Shown here: in pieces, positions 52,252-64,000 of the stretch | How the letters are laid out: the number at the start of each line of letters is the position of its first letter | Numbering within the stretch: position 1 is the stretch's first letter | Assembly (NCBI GenBank): GCA_964057225.1 | Contig: OZ059896.1 | Location: 10,912,001 to 10,976,000, forward strand | Direction of reading: 5' to 3' | Source: Auanema rhodensis | Taxonomy: Eukaryota > Animalia > Nematoda | Length of the DNA stretch: 64,000 nucleotides | Position numbers and translations under genes: made by a program | The notes under the pieces: generated by a model | Database searches by the model: none | Told to the model about the DNA's origin: nothing | What the model saw: the letters and a program-made list of their open reading frames with translations, nothing else

Positions 52252-55099
52252 AGTTTGATACCTGCTCTAACATAGACATCTATTTCCTACTGATCTCATA
52301 ATCTATTTTCTACTGATCTCGGAAATCCGAAACTATCAGTTCAGTTCTGATATTCGTCATTCTGTATCTCCACATATTTCTGCAATTTTTTCTTTTCTTG
52401 TTTCCTACTTTGATGAAAACTTAAAATCATGCGAAACTGTCTATTGTATTATAACTTTATAATAGTTTTTAATGAAAAAACAAGTCAACCAAATTTTTAA
52501 ACTTATATTTTATTTAGAAAGAATAAACACTATTAAATCTATTTTTTCATCTATGAAACTCTTTTAATTGCAATGGCTTTCATGTTCATTAGATATTTGC
52601 ATGATGAAACAATAAAATCGATTTTAAACTATGGATATGTTGACAATGAAAAAGAAACAATCTGTTTTACAACTGATATTATGTGTGTATGTATGTGTTT
52701 GTGTGTCTGTGTACTTTTTTTGTTCCGAAAAAGTTTGTCAGAAAGGAGTGCACTCAGTGTTTTTTTGTTGGGCTGTCCTTCTCAAAAGAACCAATATTAT
52801 ATATTATCACTTCATCAAATAAACAGCGAAAAGTTTTTTTTCCAAAACATTCAATTATTTTACGTCATCATTTTTAATTATCACTCGTTGGTAGTTAATC
52901 AAAAATTGCCACTTGTTGATAATTTAGAAACATTTAAAACTATCAATATTATTTATATTTTTATTTGTTTAACAATTTCAGATTATTCTCTGTTTCAGGG
53001 TTTCATATATATTTGTTTCAGCTGATTTTATCCTGTTTTTTTCCTCGCTGGCCATAATGTCACGAGGCTACTCGTGAAGCTGATTGGCGAGCAATCATTT
53101 CCCTTTCTCTCTGCATCCCTGCTGTTTTCTATTCCTCTTCAATATATATTAGCTCAAAAATCAGGTTTGCAGAAATAGTTATGTAGCTCAGGTTTGAAAG
53201 TGATTTCTTCAAACCATCTTATTTTATTCTCTTATAAATTTCATTTAAACATACTTAAGTTTTTCTCATAGTATATCTTCGGCTCTCTCTCTCTCTCAAT
53301 ACTGCGCTCTTTTTTGTTGCGGCAAGTCCACATCGATAAGCCTTGGTGGCTTGCAGAAAATGTAGTTCAAAGAACGTCCGAAGGGGCGGGTAACCTTTTT
53401 CCTTCTATCTTTTCGTCGCTGCTTCACTTAGTCCGTCCCTCATTCTCATTTTTGTTAGGACTTTTATTTAACATGCTCTTTCACTCTTTTTTATATCCTT
53501 TTTATATTGTATTGTTTATGAAATTTTCTTACGTTTCACTGTTGTATTGGAAAGAACGGATAGATATTCTTACTCATGATAACCTTACGCTATCTCTATC
53601 TTCTATCTATGCGGGAACCTTGTTGGCATTTGGTTCACCTTTTCAATTTGCACGTACAGTCACAACCAATACTATGATTTTTGTACACACGTCGCGCCAG
53701 TTCCATTCAAAATATTGATGATAGATATACTCGTAGACCCCAATTGTTCGCACTTTTTCATTTTTCTATATCTTTCTATTTTCCAGTTCATTAAATCATC
53801 TTTGTGATAAAAACCAATCAGATCAGTTTTCATTATTTTGAAAATATATCAAGTTATTCTTTTAGTGAGATACGATTTACTTTACAAAGACACCACTGGA
53901 AATAGTGACATTTCGCGCTTATTTTCCAAGCAGTCACGCGCATGCCATTTCATTTCAGTCAGAGTCCAAAATTTGAACATTTCCATGTTTCTAGATTATG
54001 GGAACAAAAATTTTTATTTCGACAGATAAAAAACCTGCAGTATCTCAATTTTATATCATTTTATTATTTTAATGTTTAACTTTTCAAGACCTTCATGTTC
54101 ACAATCATATTTTTATTATATGTTATGTTCAATATGTTCTATTATCAGATTGATATGAGTTCTCATGTGGTATCTGTTTGCTTCTTTATTTTACATTCTT
54201 CTTTTGAAACTGTTCGTTCATTCTGACGCCCATATTTTCTCAAACTTTTCTTATCAATAGTTGAAGGTTTAATATTCATGAAAAGTGTTACCTATAACAG
54301 AAAGAGTTTCATCTGTTAATCATTATAAGTAAAGCTAGACGTTCTTTAGAATTTATAGTTCTTGAATAGTGGCAATTGATAAGACTATTTTGTTGTACTA
54401 CTCCCCGTTTCTGTCCATCTGGATCTCTGCATGCTTGGCTGTTATTTCATTTCTTTCTACTATGGTTTTTCACTTCTCTTTAGTCGTCTGTCAATGCCCT
54501 ATTTCTCCTTTTTCTCCAGGATTCACAAATATCTCATTGCTGGCAGAAATAGAAATAACAGAAAGGGCGTTCTTACTGCCTCGTGCAAGTGCATGTGCAT
54601 AGAATAGTCAGCGAGGCCTAGGCATACTGATCATCAGGCCGAATTTTGAACAGCTATAGTCAGTCTGCTACTAATAGTTTGGTTGTTGTCCATCTCTTTC
54701 TTTATATTATTATAAAGTAATATAAGATAGCTTTTGATGAATTAAAACTTTGATAGTTCCATTTTAGACAATTTATATCTCTATAGAACCATTTATTATT
54801 TTCTTTTTTTTTGAACTTAACAATTTTTATAAATTGTATGTTTAGAAAAATTATATACATCCTGTTTATTTTAAGTTTAACTAAGGTGTTTATGTATTTC
54901 GAAGTACGCTCTGAGTACATTTCTCTGATTTTCTTTGCAAACCCTTGTTACTAGATTTATTTCTACTTCATTGTCTTGCATTATTTTCATGAACAATTTT
55001 AAATGATTGTCTGTTAGTTTTTTCTTGTTTCGTTTTTTTTTTAAATTTTAAAATATGTCAACAGATTTTTAGAACCATCATCAAGAAACTGCTTTAAAG

Positions 55100-56534
55100 A
55101 TGCCTATGGATCCAATGGATGTCATGTGGTTAGTTTTGTTTTGTTTTTCTATTTAAAATTTGTTTGTCGTTTGTTTACATGCCTTTTTTTCAATGGGAAT
55201 TGTTAACAGAATATTCTCTCATTTCATCCCAGGGTCACATATTCGGTTTCAAAGATCATAAAGTTTTCTGCTACGTAAAAATCATGTCACCCTGAGCCTG
55301 CGATAAAATTTTTATAACACAAAGTTTTGGCACAGAGTATTTTTAAGCGATATTTACCCAGCCTGTTGTAAAAATTCAGAAAAGTTAACTTCAACGGGGA
55401 ATGATGAAGACTAGAGTATTGTTTTTCATCAAGACATCAATCTTTTCTTGTGAGAAAGTATGATCTGAGTCCTAGAAGACTGGATTTATTAATCAAAAAT
55501 AGAACGTATGAATACTTGAAAATGGCATGCATCACTTTTTATAATTCTATCAACTCATTAAAGCCAAGAAGAATATTTGTTGTATCGTAACAGTTATGAT
55601 CTTATATTCAGGATGTCGAAGGCACCCACCGTGAGTGATGTTGTATCTAAATCCAATATTGTTTTCAAGCCAGCTGTTGGACAACAATCTTCTCCACCAA
55701 CAACCGTTGATCCCGTAAGTTTTATATTTACATTCTAACTAAATTCCAATTGCAGGGAGATGATGCTATGACTTGGAAGCATTCTCGACTTGGACGTTTG
55801 GTATAACCATACATACATGACTAATTATTGTAATGTTCTATTTCTTTAGGATCGTACAATGTCGGTCGGATCAAATGAAGATGAAATGGAGCGTAAAACA
55901 TCCTTCATTGAAACCAGGTTAGTTCTTAGTTTCGCGAGCTTAATTTTTGTGCCAGACCTCGCTATTATAGCACATCAGCTCCGGTAGAATGTCGTCCACG
56001 TCGTTTGTCATTTTCGGGATTCTTTGGAAGCCCAGGAGGTTTATTTGGACAAAATTCTGCGCAGAACAGTCCAGTTGGCTCTGTTACTGAACGCCGAATG
56101 TCGATCACTGAGGTTTGTTGTTGTGCATGAACTATGTTGATAATGCTTCTCACAATGAGCACTATTATTGCAGTTTAAGTAGTTTAGTAGTTTGAACTGT
56201 GTACTCTTAGCTATTTATTTCACAAGTATATTTTTAAGATTACCTAGCCACGCGGTTTCAGGTTATCGAGTTTTCTAAATCATAACAATTAAAAGTTTAC
56301 TTACTGCGAGAGTCAAAATTGGCAACAATCATTCAAACTGGATTTTATTAACTGTTCTATTTTTAGGATCTAAGATTCAAGGATTTAATGAAGCACCAAA
56401 ACAAAATTCTGGGAGATGGTAAGTTTTATGTGTTCATTTTTTGGAAATGCTTTACTTGATCACTTATTATAACCCGATTTTTAGATGGAGTTGGAAGTTC
56501 CTTTAAGCGAAAAGATTATACTATCTCTTCATAG
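55100..56534 (+). CDS. Small hydrophilic protein with repeated R-R/K-x-S motifs
   Basis: 7 exons in frame: MPMDPMDVMWMSKAPTVSD..DRTMSVGSNEDEMERKTSFIETRPRYYSTSAP..RRLSFSGFFGSPGG..RRMSITEDLRFKDLMKHQNKILGDDGVGSSFKRKDYTISS*. Confidence 0.75.
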
Positions 56535-56720
56535 AGAAAGATCTAAATTCAGACCAATATTTTGCTTTCCTATATACATTCTGTACATAAGTTTCACGTA
56601 GCAATTTCTTGTTTGTGATACAGATGTTACCTTAAGGTTACTTGATCAGTTCTTGTTTTTTTAACGCTCGTGCAAGCTGCTGTATATTCCGTTATACTGG
56701 TTATTCATTAGTTTTTAAGC

Positions 56721-56764
56721 CTATCTATCTATCTATCTATCTATATATCTATCTATTTATCTAT
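56721..56764. repeat. (CTAT)n tetranucleotide repeat
   Basis: Imperfect CTAT array. Confidence 0.85.
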
Positions 56765-59700
56765 TGTTGGTTCTACCCTATTGCTATATTCCTAAATATA
56801 GTGGGTTTACGAAAATAGATAGTTGTTGTACATATTTTCTGTTAAGATTATTTTATTTTTTTTGTTGAATTAAATTTTTTTTTTAAGACTAAGACTAATT
56901 TTTTTGTTTTTAATACAAGGTCAGTGTCGGGAACATTCAAATAGTAAAATAAAAGTTTAAACATTATTACATGAACACAGAAACTGATTCTGCAGATTGC
57001 TCATGTAATCTTTCAGCTTGTTGAACCGAGCATCACGTGTTTCAAATTTTTAGAGGAAGAATATGAAGTACATGTTGACAAGCAGAAGAAGATTGTTATT
57101 GGATAGAACATTCTCTACGAAAAGTATTTTCTGGAAGTACTCGAAGAGTTTACAATTAGTAGAATGAGGAAAAGTTTCACTTAAGGGTATTTGATCTGTT
57201 CGTGATATTTTGTGGAATATGATTGAAAGTAACTTTAAGTGTATTGGCTGATATAAAAGTCAATTGAAACATAGTATATTCTATCAATGTATAAATGTTA
57301 GATTAATTTCATTTTGCAATATTAAAACATGTTTATTTGAAACAATGTTAACGTATATCAACGGTACAAATGTGCTCTGAAGACAAGAAGTAGTTCAATA
57401 TATCGACCACGAAATATGTTTTGCCCATTATTTTCAAATCATTTTTGTGATAATATGAGTTCAAGTAGATTATAACATATGATATTATTCTTTCTTTTGA
57501 TAAAAATTTTATTTTTAACTGTTTTTATATTTTAAGGGTATTCAATGCAAGTTACCAGCCATGTTCGCTTGATTTCAAAGTAATATTTCTTTTATTTGAT
57601 ATATAAAACGACATTTTGATCATAAAAGAGGGAACTACTAATTCATTTGTTTTCATATTGATGCTGTATTTAATCTAACAAGCTATATATGGTAACACAC
57701 ATTTTTCATTAATTTTCAGTAATTGTGACATCAGAAAGATTTTCAACATTTTTTGAAAGGAAAAATGCTGAAAATTGATGATGAATAGTTTACAACAATG
57801 TTTTCTTTTCTTTGTCTTGATACTTTGGCATCATCTTAACAAAATAAAATACAATAGAAGTGAATGATTTTTGATGAAAATAATTAAAAAGAAATCTATT
57901 TTTGTCAAGTTCACTTGCCAACTTGCTTTTTACCATTTATAGTTAAAATCTGATAAATAAATATATTTGCAGATACAATTAAATTCAAGCTGGAAATAAC
58001 TATTTATCTTTTTTTTTGTTTGAAATATTTGAAACATTTTAGATAATATTTCATATAATTACAAAATATATTTGAGATTTAGTCAAATTTTTTCATTAAT
58101 TTCACTTTTTTTCAAGATCCTGTTTCTCCATATGGCTAATTGAAAAAAATGTTTTTACATATTATTCATGAAATGAATTGTAGTTAATGAATTTTTTGCA
58201 ATAAGTTAAATTATAGGAGTAGTTTATTGAATTTTATAATAGTTAATTTGTGAGATATATAAACATATATGTATGTATAGATAAATGTTTAAATGCAAAT
58301 TCAGATACTTATTGACTTTTAATAACATGACAGGGACTGATAGGAATGCTATTAAAAGAGCAAAAATCTTGTTTTCATTCACATATTCAATCTTATATGA
58401 TATATCTTTGTGATAAATTTTAAGACACGTGCTGATAGCTATTACTATGCAAACAGAATGAATGCATGGTTATTGAAATTTCTCTCTCTCCCTCTCTCTC
58501 TCCATCTCATACTTTCTTTCTATCTCTACTTTCAGGTTATTTCTCTGAAGTGAAAAAGAACAATTTTTTTAATAATACAGTGTGAAGAGGCAAGTTCATA
58601 GTACTATAATACAGTTTGGAATAGGCAATTTTAGGTTTATATTTTTTGAAATTGTTGAATTCATGAATATAAGCATTTTTAATATGAAGGAAATATTTTA
58701 TATTCTTTTGTAAAAATTAATAACTTCCTTTATGTTCAAAATTAGCCTCTCGATGAATACATTTATTATATAATTTAGTATTTTAAATTAAAATAAAAAT
58801 AAAATATAGAAGAGAAAAAGAAAGATCGTCTGTTGTCTACCGGAAGAAGACAACAACTTAAGTTTACCATTAGATCTCGCTTAAGAATATCCTATTGATA
58901 CTATATGATATCAGATTATATATTATACTACTACATTTTTGGTTGATAACTTAAAGGAAAAATAGACAATGTTCAATAATCTGTATTGTTTTGAATTGTA
59001 TTATAAATTTGCAAGTATATTTAATTCTATATAAATGAATTTATACACAAGATGATATTCGTCTGCAACAATTGATAATTATGTTGTTTAAAATAATGCT
59101 TTAAATGTTTTCAAATTAAAAAGACATTGTGAGATGTGCGGGTTTCTTTCTTTTTTTTTAATTTTCGAAAAAAATCATAAACACGTTAATTGTTTAAGTC
59201 AACGAAAAGTTTTTCGTTAGTTCGATATAGATGGTCACTCTGTATTTACTTTACCGATGCAGCTGAAAAGGAGATGGCTATTGGGTTATCCGTCCTCCAC
59301 AAGACACACAACTTTGTCTAACAGAAAAGGAGAATTTTGAGCATTGTTTATGAAAGTAAAAAAAACGGGTTGTAAGGAAAACTATGAAGAATCAAGTGCA
59401 CAGTTCTTTATTATTAAAAAACACAATTTCAAGAATTCTATAGATTCTGGTGCGTTGTAGTAGGTCATGGAATCAATGATTAAAAGAAAAACAGAAAAAA
59501 AAAGAAATAGATGTAGATATTTGTATAAAATTCAATACTATAATATTGCTTTAATACTATGATTTAAGCTTGAGATTAGCAAAAAAAGTTGTGAAAAAAG
59601 TTGTTGTGTTTGAAATATTTTAAATTATGCTCATCGCGTATATGTATATCCTATTTCTGATATATTTATGTATATCCTATTTCTGGTTTATATGAAATAA

Positions 59701-60674
59701 AGATTATCATATGTTATTTAAAAATAAATTAAAATGAAAGTGATTCAACAGATACTTCTTTTCTTGTTCAGCTTTTCTGATCAAGCTTGTTGACCACTTG
59801 ACTTTGTGTTTTTTTCTTTGTTTTATTCAATGTTCACGAAAGAGAAAAATTTAGCAGACACAAGCACCTAATTTGCAAAGATAAAAATAGGTTTTTTCTC
59901 CATTTAAAGGAAGAATAAAAGGAAGATTGTTGAGTGATGTTATGAAGTTTCTTTTAATTGCTCTAGTTAGCAAGCTGGAAGATTGTTTGGAAAGGGAAGA
60001 AGTGTACTGTCAGGATATGATGATGTTGACACCTCATGTCTTCCAATTGTATTCGTGAACCGTAATGAAATCAAAGAGTTTGCTCGCGCTTGCTCGCGCT
60101 TGCTCAAACCGTGCTTTTTTCCGGTGCAAAATTCGTTTGGACAATCAGAAATCGTGATTCACTCGCGTCTTCTGAATGTGTCAGTTGAGTGAAGAAGAAA
60201 GCTTTTTCTAAGTAATTGGTCCTTACGAAAGTCATAGCGAGTGATGTTGCTGCAGAGAGATGCAAACTAATTTCATTAGAAAAGAACATACAGAGAAGAT
60301 ATCTGTATATCATTTCCTTTCGAAGACTATTCCTCTTAATTTGACATCAAACTGTCACTTTCGTATTTACAATAGTTTTTTTAAAAACGATTTATATATC
60401 ATTTCTACAAATTTCATTGTTTATAATAGCATAAGTTGATCAAATAATATTTAACTTCTATTATTATATTGATGTGGGAATGAGAAAAGGTTTTAAAAAT
60501 ATTTGATTTCTATAGATATTTGGTCTAAAGAATATTTTTTATGCAATTTTGTCTACTAAAAGGCTTTATTATCGGATAAGTACTGGTTGAATGATTTCAG
60601 TTAAAGTATTTGCATAACTTAGAAACTTATTTTTATAATTTAGCCGTAATTACTAATATAATATTTATGTTTCT

Positions 60675-60711
60675 AATAATAATAATAATAATAATTATTA
60701 TTATTATTATT
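60675..60711. repeat. (AAT)n(ATT)n inverted trinucleotide repeat
   Basis: AAT run directly followed by its complement. Confidence 0.8.
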
Positions 60712-62891
60712 TCGATAGTTCATTGAATTATTTCAAGTATAGTACATACGCAATGCTTCAATGTCGCTGTATTCGGTGTTTGGCTACCTCCGTCATTTTA
60801 GTTCTTCTTTCTCTACCTCTCTATATTTCTCTCTCATGTATCCCTATCTCTCCTATTTTCTTAACATTGCTCGTAGACGTTGTTATTTTCCTACGTAGGA
60901 GCTTTTGCTTTATTCGATTGATTTATTTCACTCTCTATGCTTACTCTCTCTCTTCATTTCATATAATAATTTGATGAACTTGCTGCTTCTCCTTACATGA
61001 CCTGTATCAATTCATCATGTTTGAGACTTTTTTCTATTTATGTTTATGTTTATTATTTAAGAAATATATAGTTTATACCAATTTTTATTCTAATTTACTA
61101 TATACATTTGGTTTATTTTAAATTTTACTATTATTATTACTATTTCTAAAATAAAAATAATTAACTATACATGTATGTATATATGTATTTTAGATTTATT
61201 CTATTCAGTAAAGAGTAAAACAAAAGTATCTTTTAAATGTTTGTTTTTACCTCGAATTTCCGTTCATCACTTACTGACCTTCCATAACACTATACGATAA
61301 TGTTATACTCAAATCTTTTCTTACACTTATAATAATATATATTTAAGTTAATTATATTAAAACTAACTGTTAAATATTCCCTTAAAAAATTATTTTTTAA
61401 CATTACAAAACAAATCTCAATTGGAAATATTAGCTCCTCAAGGATATGTCGAGAATTCCGATTAAGAATATTTGCAAATGTTTCTCCTTTTGCTTCTTAT
61501 GATGTGTTTCATTGATTTGATTATAAGTGCAGTTTCAGTCTCCTGTAGCTTCTCATCTTCTGAACTCTATTTGTTTTTCGTTTTTCGTTTTCATTTGATC
61601 CGACGTGTTGTCCAGTTCTTTTCAAGGACTTGGCTAAACATCCTCATCGTCCGGCATAATCTCTTGGCTAGTCACCACTAGTGCCGTTAGTAGCATCATT
61701 CTTCACTTAATTTTATACAAAAAACAAAAAATCAAAATGGAAAACAGTCTGAAATACTTGTGTTACTTTATTTATCATATTTCTTTCTGATAAATTGTAA
61801 TGCCTTCTTAGACATTTGAATATTAAAATTAATAAATTGTCAAAATATAAATATTAATAGTCTTTATATATAATTCCATTTTCAATAATTGACCAATATT
61901 CGGCTTACAATATGTCAAACTTTCCATCACATACTGTCATCACCATCATCTTAATCATGACGGTTAGTATATCTAAAACTAGCTTAGTATGAACAATGAT
62001 GATTGATGGAAGCAATGTATTTATGTATAATTAGATCATCATTTTTAGCCTTTTTTCGTTTCCGAATGCAAGATGAAATAATTAAGTTTTTCAATTAAAA
62101 TTATCTTGATTTTCTTTTTTTTTTCAAACTTTTGCAAGTCCCTATGTTTTTTTTCTAATTTTTGAAGAACAATCTCTGCTTAGTCATCTCTGTTAGGAAC
62201 ATCAACAGCTCGTGTCCAGTGACTCGTGTTTCTCCGTCTTTCTGTCGATCACCTTCTATGTTCATCTAACTCTCGTACACTTTCTTATTCATATACATAC
62301 AAGAGAGAGTCGCAAACTTAGGCTATTCCTACAAACTTCAAAAGCTCTTCTATATTCATTCTATTTCAAAACAATTTGATCTTGAAATCTAAATTTAATT
62401 ATAGATATACTAAAATATATTAATCATAACATATAGTTATATATATATTAATTATAGAAATAGATTATTAGCTAATGTAAGCTTAATCGATAAAGTGAAA
62501 ACTTCTTGAATTCAATTTGTTTTATTTGAAAGAAGATTTCGAATATAAAAAGAATATTTTTTTTATGATCCTCAAAGCTGTAAGAAGCCAATTTAGAACA
62601 AAAGCATTTAAGATGATGACACTTTCCTCAATATAGCAAGGATAGCTATATAGACACACATTGTATATAGGGTTACAACACTTGTATTATTTATCTAATA
62701 TGGTACTTTATGATTTTTTTTCTCTTTTCTCTCTTTCTATATCTCTCTCTTATTTTTATTTTCTCTTTTCATTTTTGATGTCCAAGTCTTCTTATTTAGT
62801 TTACCAGCTTTGACTAGATAGCTGAAAATCATGTTCCGCTTGTAAAACCGCCTGCCAACCTTAAAAGTTCTGTGACTATGAATTTTCTTTG

Positions 62892-63161
62892 TTATTCCGG
62901 AACAACCGGAATTCTATATACCGGCTTGCTCCGTTTCATGAGCCAGCAAAGATAGGCATCTATCGCGTCTTCGAACAGCGAAATCGGAAATACGTATGGA
63001 GCATTCGTTTCAGAATCTTCATCATAAGTCGTGAACAGGCTTCCCCCATTGTCTTCATTGCCAGAACATCTAGCTTTATGAAATACAATTCTAACACCTT
63101 TCATCATAGGTTCCAAAAATGCTTTTTGTTTGTTTACCTTTTGTTTCATATATTTGCTCAA
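62892..63161 (-). CDS. Possible small ORF or terminal exon
   Basis: GC-richer island with protein-like ..CSGNEDNGGSLFTTYDEDSETNAPYVFPISLFEDAIDAYLCWLMKRSKPVYRIPVVPE*; no family recognised, start uncertain. Confidence 0.3.
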   Translation of the reverse strand: MSKYMKQKVNKQKAFLEPMMKGVRIVFHKARCSGNEDNGGSLFTTYDEDSETNAPYVFPISLFEDAIDAYLCWLMKRSKPVYRIPVVPE

Positions 63162-64000
63162 ATCATTTAGTATTCGTTGAATACATCACTAATCATATAT
63201 TAATTTTAATTATAAAATTATATTTAAATGACCAGCAAACTAACATATTTTACAAAACAAATCTTGTTAGGAGTATTTTCAATATTTCTATGTACCTTTA
63301 TGCAAAGATACAGAGATAATGATTGATTCTTTATTTCTTTACAAAGATAGTTTCACTAACTATTGAAAATGTTTATTTCAAATTAACATTGTTCAGCATC
63401 TACGTCTTCTTTCTAGTAGTTTTTTGTTACCAGCCTTAGAAAAAGGACGATGAAGGCAATGACGTTGACCGTAACGTGCGTTGACGAGTCACACTTAGAC
63501 TACAGATTCTAGTAGAATGACACTTGTAGAACAGATAGAACAAACCGTAGAGAGAGAGAGGTACCGAGAAGGTCAGTTAGGTGTCGAACTAATCCAATTG
63601 TTCGAATCGTTCGCGAAACAGCCTAAGCCTACAGAATTTGCACACCTTCTTGACTAGAGGGTAGGTACAGAAATATCTTTTTTCTCATGTTCTCTCGTAG
63701 TATGCTCTCTCTTCTCCGATTCCTTCATTTTCTTACGTTTACCCCCCCCCCCCCCTTCGTCTTAGTGGTCTTGAAAGGAAAATAAGCATTTCTTCTAGCA
63801 CCCCACCACGAAACACCTTTTCCCCCATGTTGCCTAGTTGTCTCGTCTGCTCGACCTTGTTCTTCATCTTTCAACTATCCGACCTCTTGTTCCATTCTCG
63901 TCGTTTTTTTAAGCTTTGAACAAAAATAAATTGTTTTTATCTGTAACACGTGCTTGTGGCTTAGATTAAAGAAGCATCGATCCTCTTATTTGAGAAATGT

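Noticed and set aside
52573-53718. Hydrophobic ORFs 52573-53025 and 53314-53718
   Set aside because: T-rich intergenic composition, no motifs or convincing splice structure.
61430-61710. Purine-rich minus-strand patch with a 21-codon ORF and plus ORF 61472-61681
   Set aside because: Too short, no support.

Overview
AT-rich eukaryotic genomic DNA. Very short (about 40-60 nt) GT..TTTCAG/TTTTAG introns, outron-like TTTTCAG acceptors just before several ATGs and the gene families present point to a rhabditid-type nematode (inference). I spliced about 15 multi-exon genes by hand: a GNAT/aaNAT-like acetyltransferase, a large orphan protein, an SLC17/sialin-type MFS transporter, a BRPF1/LIN-49 orthologue, a multi-pass membrane protein, a small prohormone-like secreted protein, an alpha7-group nAChR alpha subunit, a secreted PLA2-like protein, a 7TM receptor, two tandem GH30 glucocerebrosidases, a Myb/SANT-like gene nested antisense in an intron of the first of these, a LITAF protein, a small Cys-rich DDEL protein, a chromodomain protein and a small RRxS-rich protein. 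The last ~7.5 kb is gene-poor. Main leads: (1) an HP1-like locus with one chromodomain and two duplicated chromo-shadow-like modules on exons of identical size; (2) an intact Myb/SANT gene plus an orphan gene tail inserted in a glucocerebrosidase intron; (3) an unrecognised amidated, possibly two-chain peptide precursor; (4) an Asn49 pseudo-PLA2; (5) two structured non-coding islands, one with RNase P-like motifs and one with a 12-nt telomeric template-like tract. All gene models are manual and unverified by RNA data or database searches.
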